A stretch of 63,628 nucleotides of DNA, the filler included. It is 4 parts of 4 records of this genome, joined end to end, with 100 filler letters (N's around TTAATTAATTAA, not from the genome) between each part and the next. Parts side by side here need not be neighbours in the genome. Positions count along the whole stretch, not along the records: positions 39,196 to 54,360 come from DRR723986_5490; positions 54,461 to 63,628 come from DRR723986_5498; 2 more parts are not named here. One strand, given 5' to 3'. The position numbers and the translations under genes were made by a program. How positions within the stretch are numbered: position 1 is the stretch's first letter; the number at the start of each line of letters is the position of its first letter. This document shows positions 50,776 to 60,279 of the stretch, piece by piece. The notes under the pieces were generated by a model, which saw only the letters and a program-made list of their open reading frames with translations, ran no database searches and had not been told where the DNA came from.

Positions 50776-50797
50776 AATATGGGCGCGCGCCCACATT
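50776..50797. promoter_or_regulatory. Palindromic operator candidate
   Basis: AAT-a-TGGGCGCGCGCCCA-c-ATT, about 50 nt upstream of the 50847 ORF. Confidence 0.45.
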
Positions 50798-50846
50798 TCG
50801 TCTATATCGGACGGGATAACAGATCCCACAATTCTAGGAGATACCG

Positions 50847-51152
50847 ATGAAAGTAGAATTGATCATCCCCACCCACGACAACGACGGTTCAGACAACGCC
50901 GCGATCATTGAATCCGCGACTGCTGATTTGTGCAAACTGTACGGCGGTGCAACCGTCTACGCCGCGTCCGGGTTCTGGGTGAATGACGCGGGTCGCCTCT
51001 TTGAGGATCAGGTAAAGGTGCTGGTTAGCGCCGCGACTGCCAAAGACGCCGCCAAAGCTGAGCTGCGCAACCTCGCCAAGGACATTCTGGAAATAACCGA
51101 CCAAGAGGCGGTTTTCGTTTCAGTCGGTGGCGTGGCCGAAATCATCGAATAA
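50847..51152 (+). CDS. Small hypothetical phage protein (PII/DUF3574-like pattern)
   Basis: AGGAG RBS; YGGATV...GFWVN.GRL..D...L; ILEITDQEAVFV. Confidence 0.6.
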   Translation: MKVELIIPTHDNDGSDNAAIIESATADLCKLYGGATVYAASGFWVNDAGRLFEDQVKVLVSAATAKDAAKAELRNLAKDILEITDQEAVFVSVGGVAEIIE

Positions 51153-51208
51153 GGCACCGGGGCGGCAAGAGCCGCCCCACCACCCCCCCGAACAAAAGGA
51201 ACATCAAA

Positions 51209-51673
51209 ATGCCAGTCGCAATCGTAATGTCCAATCACGGCGCAATTCCCGCCGTTCTGATGGAAGACACCGCCGCCGCCCTGATCGAACGCCTGCAAGC
51301 CCTAGAAGGCGTCCCGGCACTCAAGACCGCCGATCAGGCCCGCCAATGGCTCCAGGAGCAGCCGCACCCCTCTGGATGGTTCAGCACCCCCACCGAGGCC
51401 CGCGCCCACGTCAAACGTACCCACGAAGCAACGCCCGTGCTACGCGGTGAAGAGATCCGCACTGCCCGCGAAGCACTTGGCATGTCCCGCGAAGAATTCG
51501 CAACCGCGCTTGGCTATGGCGGCAACAGCAACACCCGGCACAAGCTGATCTATGAGATTGAGAATGAAGCCACGGACAGGAAAAGCGGCAAGCTGCGCAT
51601 CATGAATGCGTCTGCGACCTTACGTCTACGCTCCCTAATGGCAGAACATGGCATTAAGACATTCGATCAGTAA
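51209..51673 (+). CDS. XRE-type HTH protein
   Basis: EEIRTAREALGMSREEFATALG...IYEIEN. Confidence 0.72.
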   Translation: MPVAIVMSNHGAIPAVLMEDTAAALIERLQALEGVPALKTADQARQWLQEQPHPSGWFSTPTEARAHVKRTHEATPVLRGEEIRTAREALGMSREEFATALGYGGNSNTRHKLIYEIENEATDRKSGKLRIMNASATLRLRSLMAEHGIKTFDQ

Positions 51674-51704
51674 TAGTAAATATTTACCCTACGGGAAATC
51701 TAAT

Positions 51705-52490
51705 ATGATCCTCCGAAAATTTCTAAAACCTAAACACTGCGTATTCCATAACCACACCATTCAAATTGGGACACTTCACAAATATCGAAGCGTGGATGAC
51801 CCCGAAATTGAAGATGATGAGGAGGGTATTTACCGATACCGAATTGAAATCGAACCCGGAACGATAATCGACCCAGCTTTGGTATCAGCCTTACAGCCGG
51901 GCATTCCCATTAATGGTAAAGGTAGACCCCTAAGTGTATACGGGCGCTTTAACATCAAGGGTGGAGGGTTGAGTTTCTCCCATGAGAAAGGCGATTTATA
52001 TCGTGTAAACTCGTGCAGTATTGACGTTGAATTCGAGGCCGCAAACAGATTTATGTTTTGCATGTCCGCTGACCTCGATGAGAGTCCTTTTGCAGGCAAA
52101 GATCACTCATGGTGCTTCCAACATGCAGAACGTGAAGAGTTCTTCAATGTCATATCGCAAAAATTATGGGAAACAATACCGCTTGACAGCTTTGAAAACA
52201 TTGATGAATTCCCCAACATCAAGAAATCCCAAATCATAGTTGGCTATCAAGCAAAGCGTGTTGATTATGCCCCCGAAAGACATGAATCCTTTAGAGTAAT
52301 TCGACCAAAAACAGCAATTGAATTGGAAGGCACACTAAAAAACGTGCCGTTTATTAAGAATGACCGAGATATCGGCCAACAAGAATTTCGATTCCTTTTT
52401 CACTACTTTTGCAATGGGAAACTCTTAAGGCCAAAGCCTGACTACGTTACACTCAAGTTAGACGATGTCCCAAGCATAATCTCACATTGA
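51705..52490 (+). CDS. Hypothetical AT-rich moron protein (DUF2971/ADP-ribosyltransferase-like motif pattern)
   Basis: LRKF, FMFCMS, VDY, FIK...QQEFRF. CDS likely real; fold call speculative. Confidence 0.6.
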   Translation: MILRKFLKPKHCVFHNHTIQIGTLHKYRSVDDPEIEDDEEGIYRYRIEIEPGTIIDPALVSALQPGIPINGKGRPLSVYGRFNIKGGGLSFSHEKGDLYRVNSCSIDVEFEAANRFMFCMSADLDESPFAGKDHSWCFQHAEREEFFNVISQKLWETIPLDSFENIDEFPNIKKSQIIVGYQAKRVDYAPERHESFRVIRPKTAIELEGTLKNVPFIKNDRDIGQQEFRFLFHYFCNGKLLRPKPDYVTLKLDDVPSIISH

Positions 52491-52538
52491 CCCCAACTTG
52501 CCTTCTGGCAACACCGTTAGATCAATGGACGGCTGCGC

Positions 52539-53051
52539 TCACCTCATCCGCAGGATCGCCGCCGTCTTATCCTTGGACGACTTGGACGACCCGAAGAAAA
52601 ACGCGACGATCTGGTTGAGGCTGGCCAGCAACGCCCCGACGACAAGCGCCACGGTTTCTTTCGACCCCTCGGGCACCGGCAACGCTAGAATCGCTACGAC
52701 CGTTCCGAACAGCCCGACAATCACACACGCGGCGATCACCATAGATGCGCGGCCCTCACCAGCCTGATAAAGGGCGCGCGCATCGGCCCGATCACCCGCC
52801 GCGATCTGCGCGCTTGCGGTTTCTGCGTCCAGCTCTGCAATCGCCAGAGACACCGCCGCCTCTTGGACCTGTGCGAATACCGCCGGATCTGCTTGCAGCG
52901 CTTTCAGAATGTCCTCTGAGGGTGTCTCTTTGCTTAGGCCGGTTGCATCCAGTGCCAAGCCAGCAATCTGTTCCGCCACCTTGCCTTTGCCATTGGTCAA
53001 GCGGCCCAACAGGTTCGGAATGATAGCTTGCGCGAGTGTCAGCCAGATCAT
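52539..53051 (-). CDS. Phage membrane protein (holin-like)
   Basis: C-terminal TM pair ending IVAFFFGSSKSSKDK; ATGA-coupled downstream of the endolysin. Confidence 0.65.
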   Translation of the reverse strand: MIWLTLAQAIIPNLLGRLTNGKGKVAEQIAGLALDATGLSKETPSEDILKALQADPAVFAQVQEAAVSLAIAELDAETASAQIAAGDRADARALYQAGEGRASMVIAACVIVGLFGTVVAILALPVPEGSKETVALVVGALLASLNQIVAFFFGSSKSSKDKTAAILRMR

Positions 53052-53692
53052 GCCGCAGCCCTCCGGGGACAGGTCGTGACGCCCAGCGGACAATCCGCCC
53101 CAGGTGTTACGGGGGTTTCCTCTTTGACCAGATGCAAACTCGCTTCGAATGTGCGCGCGTACCCTGCAATCATATCTGCCTTGTCGGTGCCGTTCACGAT
53201 CCGACGCGCGCCAGCATAATCGGCCTCATCGTCACCGATGTAGTCGGCTAGGTTCTTGCCCGTGAACATGCCCCGGATCATGCCCTCCCAAATGATCAGC
53301 GATGAGTATTCCGGTTCGGTTGCAAGATCCGGCTTGTTTACCAAATCAATGATACGACCATGCTCCAATGTCAGAAAAACCGACATCTTGGCATAGTTTG
53401 ACAACCACGTAAGCTGGGGGTCGCCGCGCCCGTAGTAAATCACGCGCACACCGCGCATCAGCCAGATTGGCTCGCCGTAGTCGCGCCCCTGCCCTTCGCC
53501 GATTTCGCTGTCATATTTCCAGCGCGCGGTTTCGTGATACGCCGTCGCCAGTACATAGGCACATTCCTCAATACGCCGCCCCCGGCGCTCTGCCTCATCA
53601 ATGATGCGATCCATCGGCAACCGCTGCCAATCGGGCAAAGACCCACGAAACAGCTTATCAGTCACGTGATCATAAAATGGTTGCCTGTTCAT
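53048..53692 (-). CDS. Phage endolysin (GH19/chitinase-like lysozyme fold)
   Basis: AYVLATAYHET, YYGRG..QLTW..NY, DLVNKPDLA, GMFTGK.L.DY, DY.GARRIVNGTDKA. Confidence 0.85.
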   Translation of the reverse strand: MNRQPFYDHVTDKLFRGSLPDWQRLPMDRIIDEAERRGRRIEECAYVLATAYHETARWKYDSEIGEGQGRDYGEPIWLMRGVRVIYYGRGDPQLTWLSNYAKMSVFLTLEHGRIIDLVNKPDLATEPEYSSLIIWEGMIRGMFTGKNLADYIGDDEADYAGARRIVNGTDKADMIAGYARTFEASLHLVKEETPVTPGADCPLGVTTCPRRAAA

Positions 53693-54087
53693 CTGTCATC
53701 CTCTCGTTTTGTTGTGGTTGGAAACAGCCGGCCAATCAGCCAATCGGCAATGCGACCGCTGCGGGCTTCGGTGGCGTCCATGACGCCCACAAAGATATTG
53801 ATCAGCCAGCTACTCGCCGCGCCCGCCCCGATCATGATCAGTTGCGGGGCCAGCCCAAAATGGTCGAACTCAGCGGATGCAATCACCGCAATCGTCGCGA
53901 CCACCGCAGCGGTTGCCATGATGCCCACCAACTTACGGGTGCTGCGCCGATGGCGGGCAATCAAACTGCCCGCCGCAAGCGCCATAAACAGCCCGCCAAG
54001 ATACACATGCGGCGCAAGGCTGATGCCGACCCCGGTTAAGGTCAGAGTCAACCAATCACGCGCTGTTTCCAGTGCTTGTTCTTTCAT
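53689..54087 (-). CDS. Phage membrane protein (holin-like, 3-4 TM)
   Basis: Hydrophobic 132-aa ORF overlapping the endolysin start. Confidence 0.6.
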   Translation of the reverse strand: MKEQALETARDWLTLTLTGVGISLAPHVYLGGLFMALAAGSLIARHRRSTRKLVGIMATAAVVATIAVIASAEFDHFGLAPQLIMIGAGAASSWLINIFVGVMDATEARSGRIADWLIGRLFPTTTKREDDR

Positions 54088-54152
54088 CTCGATTTTCCTG
54101 ATTTAGAAAAGCTGCCCGAACCATTTAGTGGCTGCTGGCAGGCTGTGAGCGC

Positions 54153-54360
54153 TTAGCTGATGGTCTGAATAAACGCCGCGTGCTCGTTAAGCGCGGCAGA
54201 CAGGGCGGCGCGCTCTGCATCGTTCAACGCAGCCCCACCACCAAAGGCGGTAAACTCTTGGGCGGTGTAAACATCCGCATCCGTGCCACCGCGCCCGACA
54301 ACGGTGGTGGTCGTCAAAGCGTTGGCGCTCGAATTGATCGATCCGGTGATACGATCCGTG
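54153..54360 (-). CDS. C-terminal fragment of an upstream phage gene (possibly tail-associated)
   Basis: Open frame ...TAFGGGAALNDAERAALSAALNEHAAFIQTIS* running off the contig end; not in the ORF track. Confidence 0.5.
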
Positions 54361-54460
54361 NNNNNNNNNNNNNNNNNNNNNNNNNNNNNNNNNNNNNNNN
54401 NNNNTTAATTAATTAANNNNNNNNNNNNNNNNNNNNNNNNNNNNNNNNNNNNNNNNNNNN
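54361..54460. other. Artificial contig linker
   Basis: N44-TTAATTAATTAA-N44. Confidence 0.99.
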
Positions 54461-54710
54461 CACCGGCCACCCGTCCTTCGTGATGTCGGCCAGCTTCACC
54501 AACCAGGTGCTGGCGCAGATCGAACTGTGGAAGAACGGCGACAACTACAAGCCGGGCGTCTACATCCTGCCCAAGCATCTCGACGAGAAGGTCGCGCGCC
54601 TGCACCTCGGCCGCATCGGCGTGAAGCTGACCACGCTGTCGCCCGAACAGGCCGCCTACATCGGCGTGAAGCCCGAAGGCCCGTTCAAGCCGGAGCATTA
54701 CCGCTACTGA
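54461..54710 (+). CDS. ahcY: Adenosylhomocysteinase, 3' fragment
   Basis: [19 protein letters not shown]...[14 protein letters not shown]...[10 protein letters not shown]. Confidence 0.95.
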
Positions 54711-54845
54711 TCGGCGACTGGGCATCGCCTTGTCCTACGGATTGGCCGGGCCGCTGCGCCCGGCCTTTTTGCATCCCGCGCCCGGCAACCGCTTGCCCCC
54801 GGGGCCCCAGCCCGTAGTCTGCCCCCGATGGGACAGGAGGCTGAC

Positions 54846-55811
54846 ATGCGGTTCATCGTCTACGGAGTGGGCGCCATCGGGGGCGTCGTCGCGGCCGCGC
54901 TGGCACGCTCGGGGCAGGCCGTGCTGGGCATCGCCCGCGGCGCGCAGCTCGAGGCGATCCGCGCGAACGGTCTGCGCCTGAAATCGCCCGACGTGGACGA
55001 GGTCCACCGCTTCGATTGCGTGGCCTCCCCGGCCGAGATCGCCTTCGGCCCCGAAGACGCCATCCTGCTGTGCATGAAGACCCAGCATGTCGAGGCGGCG
55101 CTGGACGCGCTGGCGGCAGCGGGCGTGCGGGATCAACCGATCTTCTGCCTGCAGAACGGGGTCGAGAACGAACGCCGCGCCCTGCGCCGCTTTGCCAATG
55201 TCCATGGCGTCACCGTCATGCTGCCCGCCACCTTTCTAGAGCCCGGCAAGGTCGTCTCTCACGCGGGCCCGCGCTTCGGCATCTTCGACGTGGGCCGCTA
55301 TCCGCAGGGCACCGATGCGGCGGACGAGGCCTTTTGCGCTGCCATGAACGGCGCCAATTTCGCCGCCTACCCGCAGGCCAGCGTGATGCGCTCGAAATAC
55401 GGCAAGCTTCTGATGAACCTTGGGAATATCCTCATGGCCAGCCTTGGCCCCGGTTCTGACGCGGGCGATCTGCGCGACCGTCTGAAGGCCGAGGCAGAGG
55501 CGGTTCTGGATGCCGCCGGCATCGACGTCGAGGATGTGGGCCGGGCCGATCCCCGCCGCGCCGAGCACCTGAACGTCACCGACATTCCCGGAGAGCCGCC
55601 GGTGGGGGGCTCTACCGCGCAAAGCCTGCAGCGCGGCACCGGGTCGGTCGAGACGGATTTCCTGAACGGCGAGATCGTGCTTCTGGGGCGCCAGCACGGC
55701 ATCGCGACGCCGCTCAACGCCGCCATGTCCCGCCTTGCCGTGAAAATGCTTCGCGAAGACCTGAGGCCCGGCGACCTGAGCCTCGACGACATCGTGCGGC
55801 TGATCGGCTGA
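54846..55811 (+). CDS. Ketopantoate reductase family protein
   Basis: YGVGAIGG, LCMK, LQNG, KYGKLLMN, STAQSL, ETDFLNGEIV. Confidence 0.88.
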   Translation: MRFIVYGVGAIGGVVAAALARSGQAVLGIARGAQLEAIRANGLRLKSPDVDEVHRFDCVASPAEIAFGPEDAILLCMKTQHVEAALDALAAAGVRDQPIFCLQNGVENERRALRRFANVHGVTVMLPATFLEPGKVVSHAGPRFGIFDVGRYPQGTDAADEAFCAAMNGANFAAYPQASVMRSKYGKLLMNLGNILMASLGPGSDAGDLRDRLKAEAEAVLDAAGIDVEDVGRADPRRAEHLNVTDIPGEPPVGGSTAQSLQRGTGSVETDFLNGEIVLLGRQHGIATPLNAAMSRLAVKMLREDLRPGDLSLDDIVRLIG

Positions 55812-55936
55812 GCGGGGGAAAACGCGCCCCGCATTTCCCTTGCCACAAGAGGCAGAGCCGCTAGGCTGTCGCCACCTGCCAGAGCGGCAGAACACCAAAG
55901 GGGCAAAGCCCCATCAAGGACCGAGGGAGTCGGAAT

Positions 55937-56278
55937 ATGGGAAAACGGGACGAGCTGATCCAGAAATACGCCGAGGATCTGCGCAGCAAGTGCGGCATGG
56001 AGCCGGACATGGATCTGCTGACGAAGGTGACGATCGGCTGCGGCCCGTCGATCTACAACGCGGATTCCTCGACCGTCGCCTCCAGCCAGGCCGGAGAGCT
56101 GGAGACCGTGAAGGACAAGTTCCTCGTCAAGAAGCTGGGCCTCTCCGACGGGCCCGAGCTGATGGAGGCGATCAACGCGGTGATCGAGACCTACGGCAAG
56201 TCCGAGCGCAACAAGTACCGCGCGGTGATCTACTACATGCTGACGAAGCACTTCAAAAAGGAAGCCGTCTACGGCTGA
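55937..56278 (+). CDS. DUF2853 family protein
   Basis: LLTKVTIGCGPSIYNADS...FLVKKLGL...RNKYRAVIYY. Confidence 0.85.
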   Translation: MGKRDELIQKYAEDLRSKCGMEPDMDLLTKVTIGCGPSIYNADSSTVASSQAGELETVKDKFLVKKLGLSDGPELMEAINAVIETYGKSERNKYRAVIYYMLTKHFKKEAVYG

Positions 56279-56296
56279 CCTGTCCGGCGTTCGACG

Positions 56297-56322
56297 AAAA
56301 AGGCCCCCACGTGGGGCCTTTT
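56297..56322 (+). terminator. Intrinsic terminator
   Basis: AAAAGGCCCC-cacgt-GGGGCCTTTT. Confidence 0.8.
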
Positions 56323-56593
56323 GCATGGTCCGGGGACGGCTCAGTGAATGGCTGGGATGGCAAGACGCGCGGCTGTGCCAACAAGACAGAGGCTGGATGC
56401 CGCGAGGTACATTCATGCGACCGCAGGGAATACCCGCACCAGCGCCATTCGGCCCGCCTTGCCCGGCAGGTCGCGAACGCCATCCTTGCCGGCGCCAAGG
56501 GGCAGTCTTTCAGCGACAAATGCTAACGGTTTGAACCAATTGCGCCCGACTTGGCGTTTGCCACGCCGTCTTGTCTTGCGGTACAACCAGCCC

Positions 56594-56695
56594 ATCGGCC
56601 AGAAGGCCCGAACCGAAATTCGTTTCACGTGTGGTGCTTAGGGAGCACGTGGGGTGGACAGGGGGTTCCGGGTGCGGCCGGGACCCCCTGTTTTT
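56594..56695 (+). ncRNA. Candidate ~100-nt small RNA
   Basis: TTGCCA-18 nt-TACAAC promoter-like motif (56558-56587), internal CACGTG/CACGTG hairpin, and terminator CAGGGGGTTCCGG/CCGGGACCCCCTG + T5 on the plus strand. Confidence 0.4.
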
Positions 56696-56740
56696 ATGCG
56701 TCACGCCGGGAACAGCGTCAGTACAAGATATGGCCGGACC

Positions 56741-57160
56741 TCAGGGATCCAGCCCCGCCAGATCGCAGATCACCGCCCATTCCTCGGCACTGACGGGCTG
56801 CACCGATAGGCGCGAGTTCTTCACCAGCACCATCTCGGACAGGCGCGGGTCGTCCTTGATCTGGTCCAGCGTCACCGGCCGTTTCGCTGCCTGCACCGCC
56901 TTGATGTCCACGCACTCCCAGCGCGGATCGTCGGTCTTGCTGTCCGGGTGCGCCTCGGCAATCACTTCGACGATCCCGACCACGGCGCGCTCTTTCTGCG
57001 AATGGTAGAAGAAACCGCGCTCTCCCACCTTCATCTCGCGCATGAAGTTCCGCGCCTGATAGTTGCGCACGCCGTCCCACTCTTCGCCCGCATCCCCCTT
57101 GGCGACCTGATCCTCCCAGGACCAGGTCGAGGGCTCCGACTTGAAGAGCCAGAAGCTCAT
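56741..57160 (-). CDS. EVE domain-containing protein
   Basis: FWLFKSEP...WDGVRNYQARNFM...FFYHS...RLSVQPV. Confidence 0.92.
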   Translation of the reverse strand: MSFWLFKSEPSTWSWEDQVAKGDAGEEWDGVRNYQARNFMREMKVGERGFFYHSQKERAVVGIVEVIAEAHPDSKTDDPRWECVDIKAVQAAKRPVTLDQIKDDPRLSEMVLVKNSRLSVQPVSAEEWAVICDLAGLDP

Positions 57161-57429
57161 CCGATCACCTTCTTCCACTCGGTCAGGGTAACGGACTCGA
57201 ACAGCCCCGCCTGCGCGTAGGGGTCGCTTTCGGCCCAAGCCTTGGCCGCGCTCATGTCGGCCACGTCGAGGATCACGAGGCTGCCGCACATGTCGCCGGC
57301 GTCGTTCAGCAGGGGTCCCGCCTGCATCACGACGCCGGTGGCGTCGATGTAGTCCAGATGGGCCTGACGGTTGTCCTTGCGGGTCTGCAGGGCACCGTCC
57401 TTGTCACGGGCGAACAGGGCGACGAGCAT
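57157..57429 (-). CDS. YciI family protein
   Basis: R..NRQAHLDY, AGPLL, GSLVIL, DPYAQAGLF. Confidence 0.9.
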   Translation of the reverse strand: MLVALFARDKDGALQTRKDNRQAHLDYIDATGVVMQAGPLLNDAGDMCGSLVILDVADMSAAKAWAESDPYAQAGLFESVTLTEWKKVIG

Positions 57430-57432
57430 GTC

Positions 57433-58380
57433 TCATTCCTCCTTGAGGGGTCTTGCGAGCAATTGGTCCATGGCCTCGGGCACGGTCAGCGTGCCGTCGG
57501 TCAGGCGGGAAACGGTGCCGCAGATCGGCAGCGGAATGCCATCGCGGCGGCCCAGCGCCTCGGCGGCCCGCGTGGTGGCGGCGCCCTCGACGGTGGTGGC
57601 GGGGTCGAAGGCCTCTCCACGGCCCAGCGCGAAGCCAAGGCGATAGTTGCGCGACAGGTCGGAGGTGCAGGTCAGCGTCAGATCGCCAAGACCGGACAGC
57701 CCGGACAGCGTCTCGGGCTCGGCGCCAAGGTGGACCGCAAGGCGCGTCATCTCGGCGAAGCCCCGGGTCATCAGCGCGGCGCGGGCGCTGTCGCCAAGAC
57801 CGGCGCCGATGCAGGCCCCGCAGGCGATGGCGACCACGTTCTTCAGCGCGCCGCCCAGTTCCGCGCCGATCACGTCGCGCGAGCGGTAGAGCCGCAGCGC
57901 CGGAGTCGACAGCGCCTGTTGCAGCGCACGGCCCGTGGCTTCGTCCGCGCAGGCCAGCGTCAGGGCCGTGGGCAGGCCCCGCGCGATGTCGGCGGCAAAG
58001 CTCGGCCCGGTCAGGATGGCGGGCACCGCCTCTGGCGCGCAGTCTGCAAGGATCGCCGCGGGGCCGGTCAGGCGCGTCACGTCGATGCCCTTGCAGCAGG
58101 CCACCAGCGCCTTGCCGTCCAAGGGCAGCGGCAACCCCTCCAGCAGCCCGGCGAGGCTTTGCATCGGCGTGGCGAAGAGCAGCGCATCCGCTGTCAGCGC
58201 CTCGGCCACATCGCCGGTCAACGTCACCGGGTCCGGCAGGGTCACACCCTCCAGCCTTGGGCAGGCGCGGTCCCTCCACGCCCCGGCGTTGCGCGCCCAA
58301 AGCGTCACCGGCCCGTTCGCCGCGAGAGATACCGCCAGCGCCGTGCCGAAGGCGCCCCCGCCAAGGACCGCGACCCTCAT
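57433..58380 (-). CDS. gpsA: NAD(P)H-dependent glycerol-3-phosphate dehydrogenase
   Basis: [38 protein letters not shown]...SRNY. Confidence 0.95.
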   Translation of the reverse strand: MRVAVLGGGAFGTALAVSLAANGPVTLWARNAGAWRDRACPRLEGVTLPDPVTLTGDVAEALTADALLFATPMQSLAGLLEGLPLPLDGKALVACCKGIDVTRLTGPAAILADCAPEAVPAILTGPSFAADIARGLPTALTLACADEATGRALQQALSTPALRLYRSRDVIGAELGGALKNVVAIACGACIGAGLGDSARAALMTRGFAEMTRLAVHLGAEPETLSGLSGLGDLTLTCTSDLSRNYRLGFALGRGEAFDPATTVEGAATTRAAEALGRRDGIPLPICGTVSRLTDGTLTVPEAMDQLLARPLKEE

Positions 58381-59456
58381 GCCTTGGCGCCTTTCTTGCC
58401 GGAGCCGATCAGCGGGGCGGCCTGCGCGTCCAGCGGCCAGCGGGGCCGGGCCACGATGGTCTCGTCATGGGGCGCACCCGCCGAGAGCAGTGCACCGCCC
58501 GCGTAGGCGATCATCGCCGCGTTGTCGGTACACAGCGCCAGCGGCGGCGCGGTGAAGCGCAGGCCCGCCTCGGCGCAGACGCCTTCGAGCGCGCCGCGCA
58601 GGGCACGGTTGGCGGCGACGCCTCCGGCGACGGCAAGGGCGGGGGATGTGGGGGACTCGTCCATGTAGAGGGAGATGGCGCGCCGCGCCTTTTCGGCCAG
58701 CACGTCGCGCACCGCCGCCTGAAACCCGGCGCACAGGTCGGCGCGATCCTGCCGCGTCAGCCCGCCCTGCGCCGCCACGATCTGGTCGCGCTGGCGCAGC
58801 AGCGCGGTCTTCAGCCCGGAGAAGGACAGGTCGCAGCCGGGCCGGTCCAGCAGCGGGCGCGGAAAGCGAAAGCGCTTCTCGTCGCCCTTCAGCGCCTCGG
58901 CCTCGACCGAGGGACCGCCCGGCTGCGGCAGACCCAGAAGGCGCGCGGTCTTGTCGAAGGCCTCTCCGGGCGCGTCGTCGATGGTGCCGCCGAGGCGGCT
59001 GAAATCCTGCGGGCCGCGGACGGTCAGGAACTGGCAATGCCCGCCAGAGACCAGCAGCATCAGGTAGGGAAAGGCCAGCCCGTCGGTCAGGCGCGGCGTC
59101 AGCGCGTGGCCCGCAAGGTGGTTCACGCCCACCAGCGGTTTGCCCAGCCCCGCCGCCAGCCCCTTGGCCAGCATGACGCCCGACAGCACCCCGCCGATCA
59201 GCCCCGGCCCCGCCGTCACCGCGATGGCATCGACGTCGCGCAGGGTCACGCCTGCCTCGGCCAGCGCCTCTTCGACGCACAGGTCCAGCCGCTCGGCATG
59301 GGCGCGGGCGGCGATCTCGGGCACGACACCGCCATAGGCCGCGTGCAGCGCGCCCTGCCCCTTCACGACCGACGCCAGCACGTCCCGCCCGCGCAAGAGC
59401 GCGGCGGCGCTGTCGTCACAGCTGCTTTCCAGCCCGAGGATGAGGGGATCGGTCAT
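58377..59456 (-). CDS. tsaD: tRNA threonylcarbamoyladenosine biosynthesis protein TsaD
   Basis: [47 protein letters not shown]. Confidence 0.95.
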   Translation of the reverse strand: MTDPLILGLESSCDDSAAALLRGRDVLASVVKGQGALHAAYGGVVPEIAARAHAERLDLCVEEALAEAGVTLRDVDAIAVTAGPGLIGGVLSGVMLAKGLAAGLGKPLVGVNHLAGHALTPRLTDGLAFPYLMLLVSGGHCQFLTVRGPQDFSRLGGTIDDAPGEAFDKTARLLGLPQPGGPSVEAEALKGDEKRFRFPRPLLDRPGCDLSFSGLKTALLRQRDQIVAAQGGLTRQDRADLCAGFQAAVRDVLAEKARRAISLYMDESPTSPALAVAGGVAANRALRGALEGVCAEAGLRFTAPPLALCTDNAAMIAYAGGALLSAGAPHDETIVARPRWPLDAQAAPLIGSGKKGAKA

Positions 59457-59531
59457 GCGGCCTTCCATTGCCTTGCCTTGCGCCAGCAGGTACCACCGCC
59501 GGTGCTGCCCCACAATCCCGGGAGCCCCTGC

Positions 59532-60239
59532 TTGGCCCTGCCCGTCCTCCTGATGACCCGACCCGAGGCGCAATCCCGCGCCTTTGCCGCCGCGCTGGCG
59601 GATGCCGGGCCGTTCCGGCTGATGATCTCTCCGCTGATCGGGATCGCCTTCACGGGGGCGCTGCCAGAGATGGCGGGCGTGACCGGGCTGATCTTCACCT
59701 CCGCCAACGGCGTCGCGGCCTATGTGGATCGCGGCGGCCCGCTGTTGCCCGCTTACACGGTGGGCGAGGCCACCGCAGAGGCCGCCCGCGCCGCCGGGAT
59801 GCAGGCCACCGCCGCCGAGGGCAATGCCGAGACGCTGATCGCGCTGCTGAAGGACCTGCGCCCGCAGGGGCCGCTGCTGCACGTCCGCGGCCGCCATTCG
59901 CGCGGCGATGTGGCAGGCCGTCTGAGCGCCGCCGGTGTGCCGGTCCGCACGGCGATCCTGTACGACCAGCCCGCCCTGCCGCCCACGCCCGAGGCGCAAA
60001 AAGCGCTTCGCGGACACAAGACCGTTGTCGCACCGGTCTTTTCTCCGCGCACCGGCGCATTATTGTCCGGATTGGACGTTCGGGCGCCGCTTCTTGTCGC
60101 GGCCATGAGCGAAGCGGTGGCCAAGGCGCTTGCGCCACTGCATAAACAGGACCTGAAGATCGCATCGCGGCCCGACTCGGCGGCCATGCGGGAACTGGTC
60201 GCGGACCTGCTTCGCCGGGCACGCGCGGGGGAGCATTGA
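59532..60239 (+). CDS. hemD: Uroporphyrinogen-III synthase
   Basis: [30 protein letters not shown]; divergent from tsaD. TTG start approximate. Confidence 0.88.
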   Translation: MALPVLLMTRPEAQSRAFAAALADAGPFRLMISPLIGIAFTGALPEMAGVTGLIFTSANGVAAYVDRGGPLLPAYTVGEATAEAARAAGMQATAAEGNAETLIALLKDLRPQGPLLHVRGRHSRGDVAGRLSAAGVPVRTAILYDQPALPPTPEAQKALRGHKTVVAPVFSPRTGALLSGLDVRAPLLVAAMSEAVAKALAPLHKQDLKIASRPDSAAMRELVADLLRRARAGEH

Positions 60240-60279
60240 TCCGGCACTTCGGGGCCGGACGTGGAAAGGATAGACGAAC

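Larger units (their letters stand above)
39196..54360. mobile_element. Probable end of a tRNA-integrated prophage/genomic island (cargo region plus lysis cassette)
   Basis: tRNA 3' end at one edge, endolysin and holin-like genes at the other, mosaic composition between. No integrase or structural genes inside this contig. Confidence 0.6.

Noticed and set aside
56741-57160. EVE protein as part of a modification-dependent defence system
   Set aside because: Stand-alone EVE in the ordinary tsaD-gpsA-yciI-EVE housekeeping operon, with no nuclease partner.
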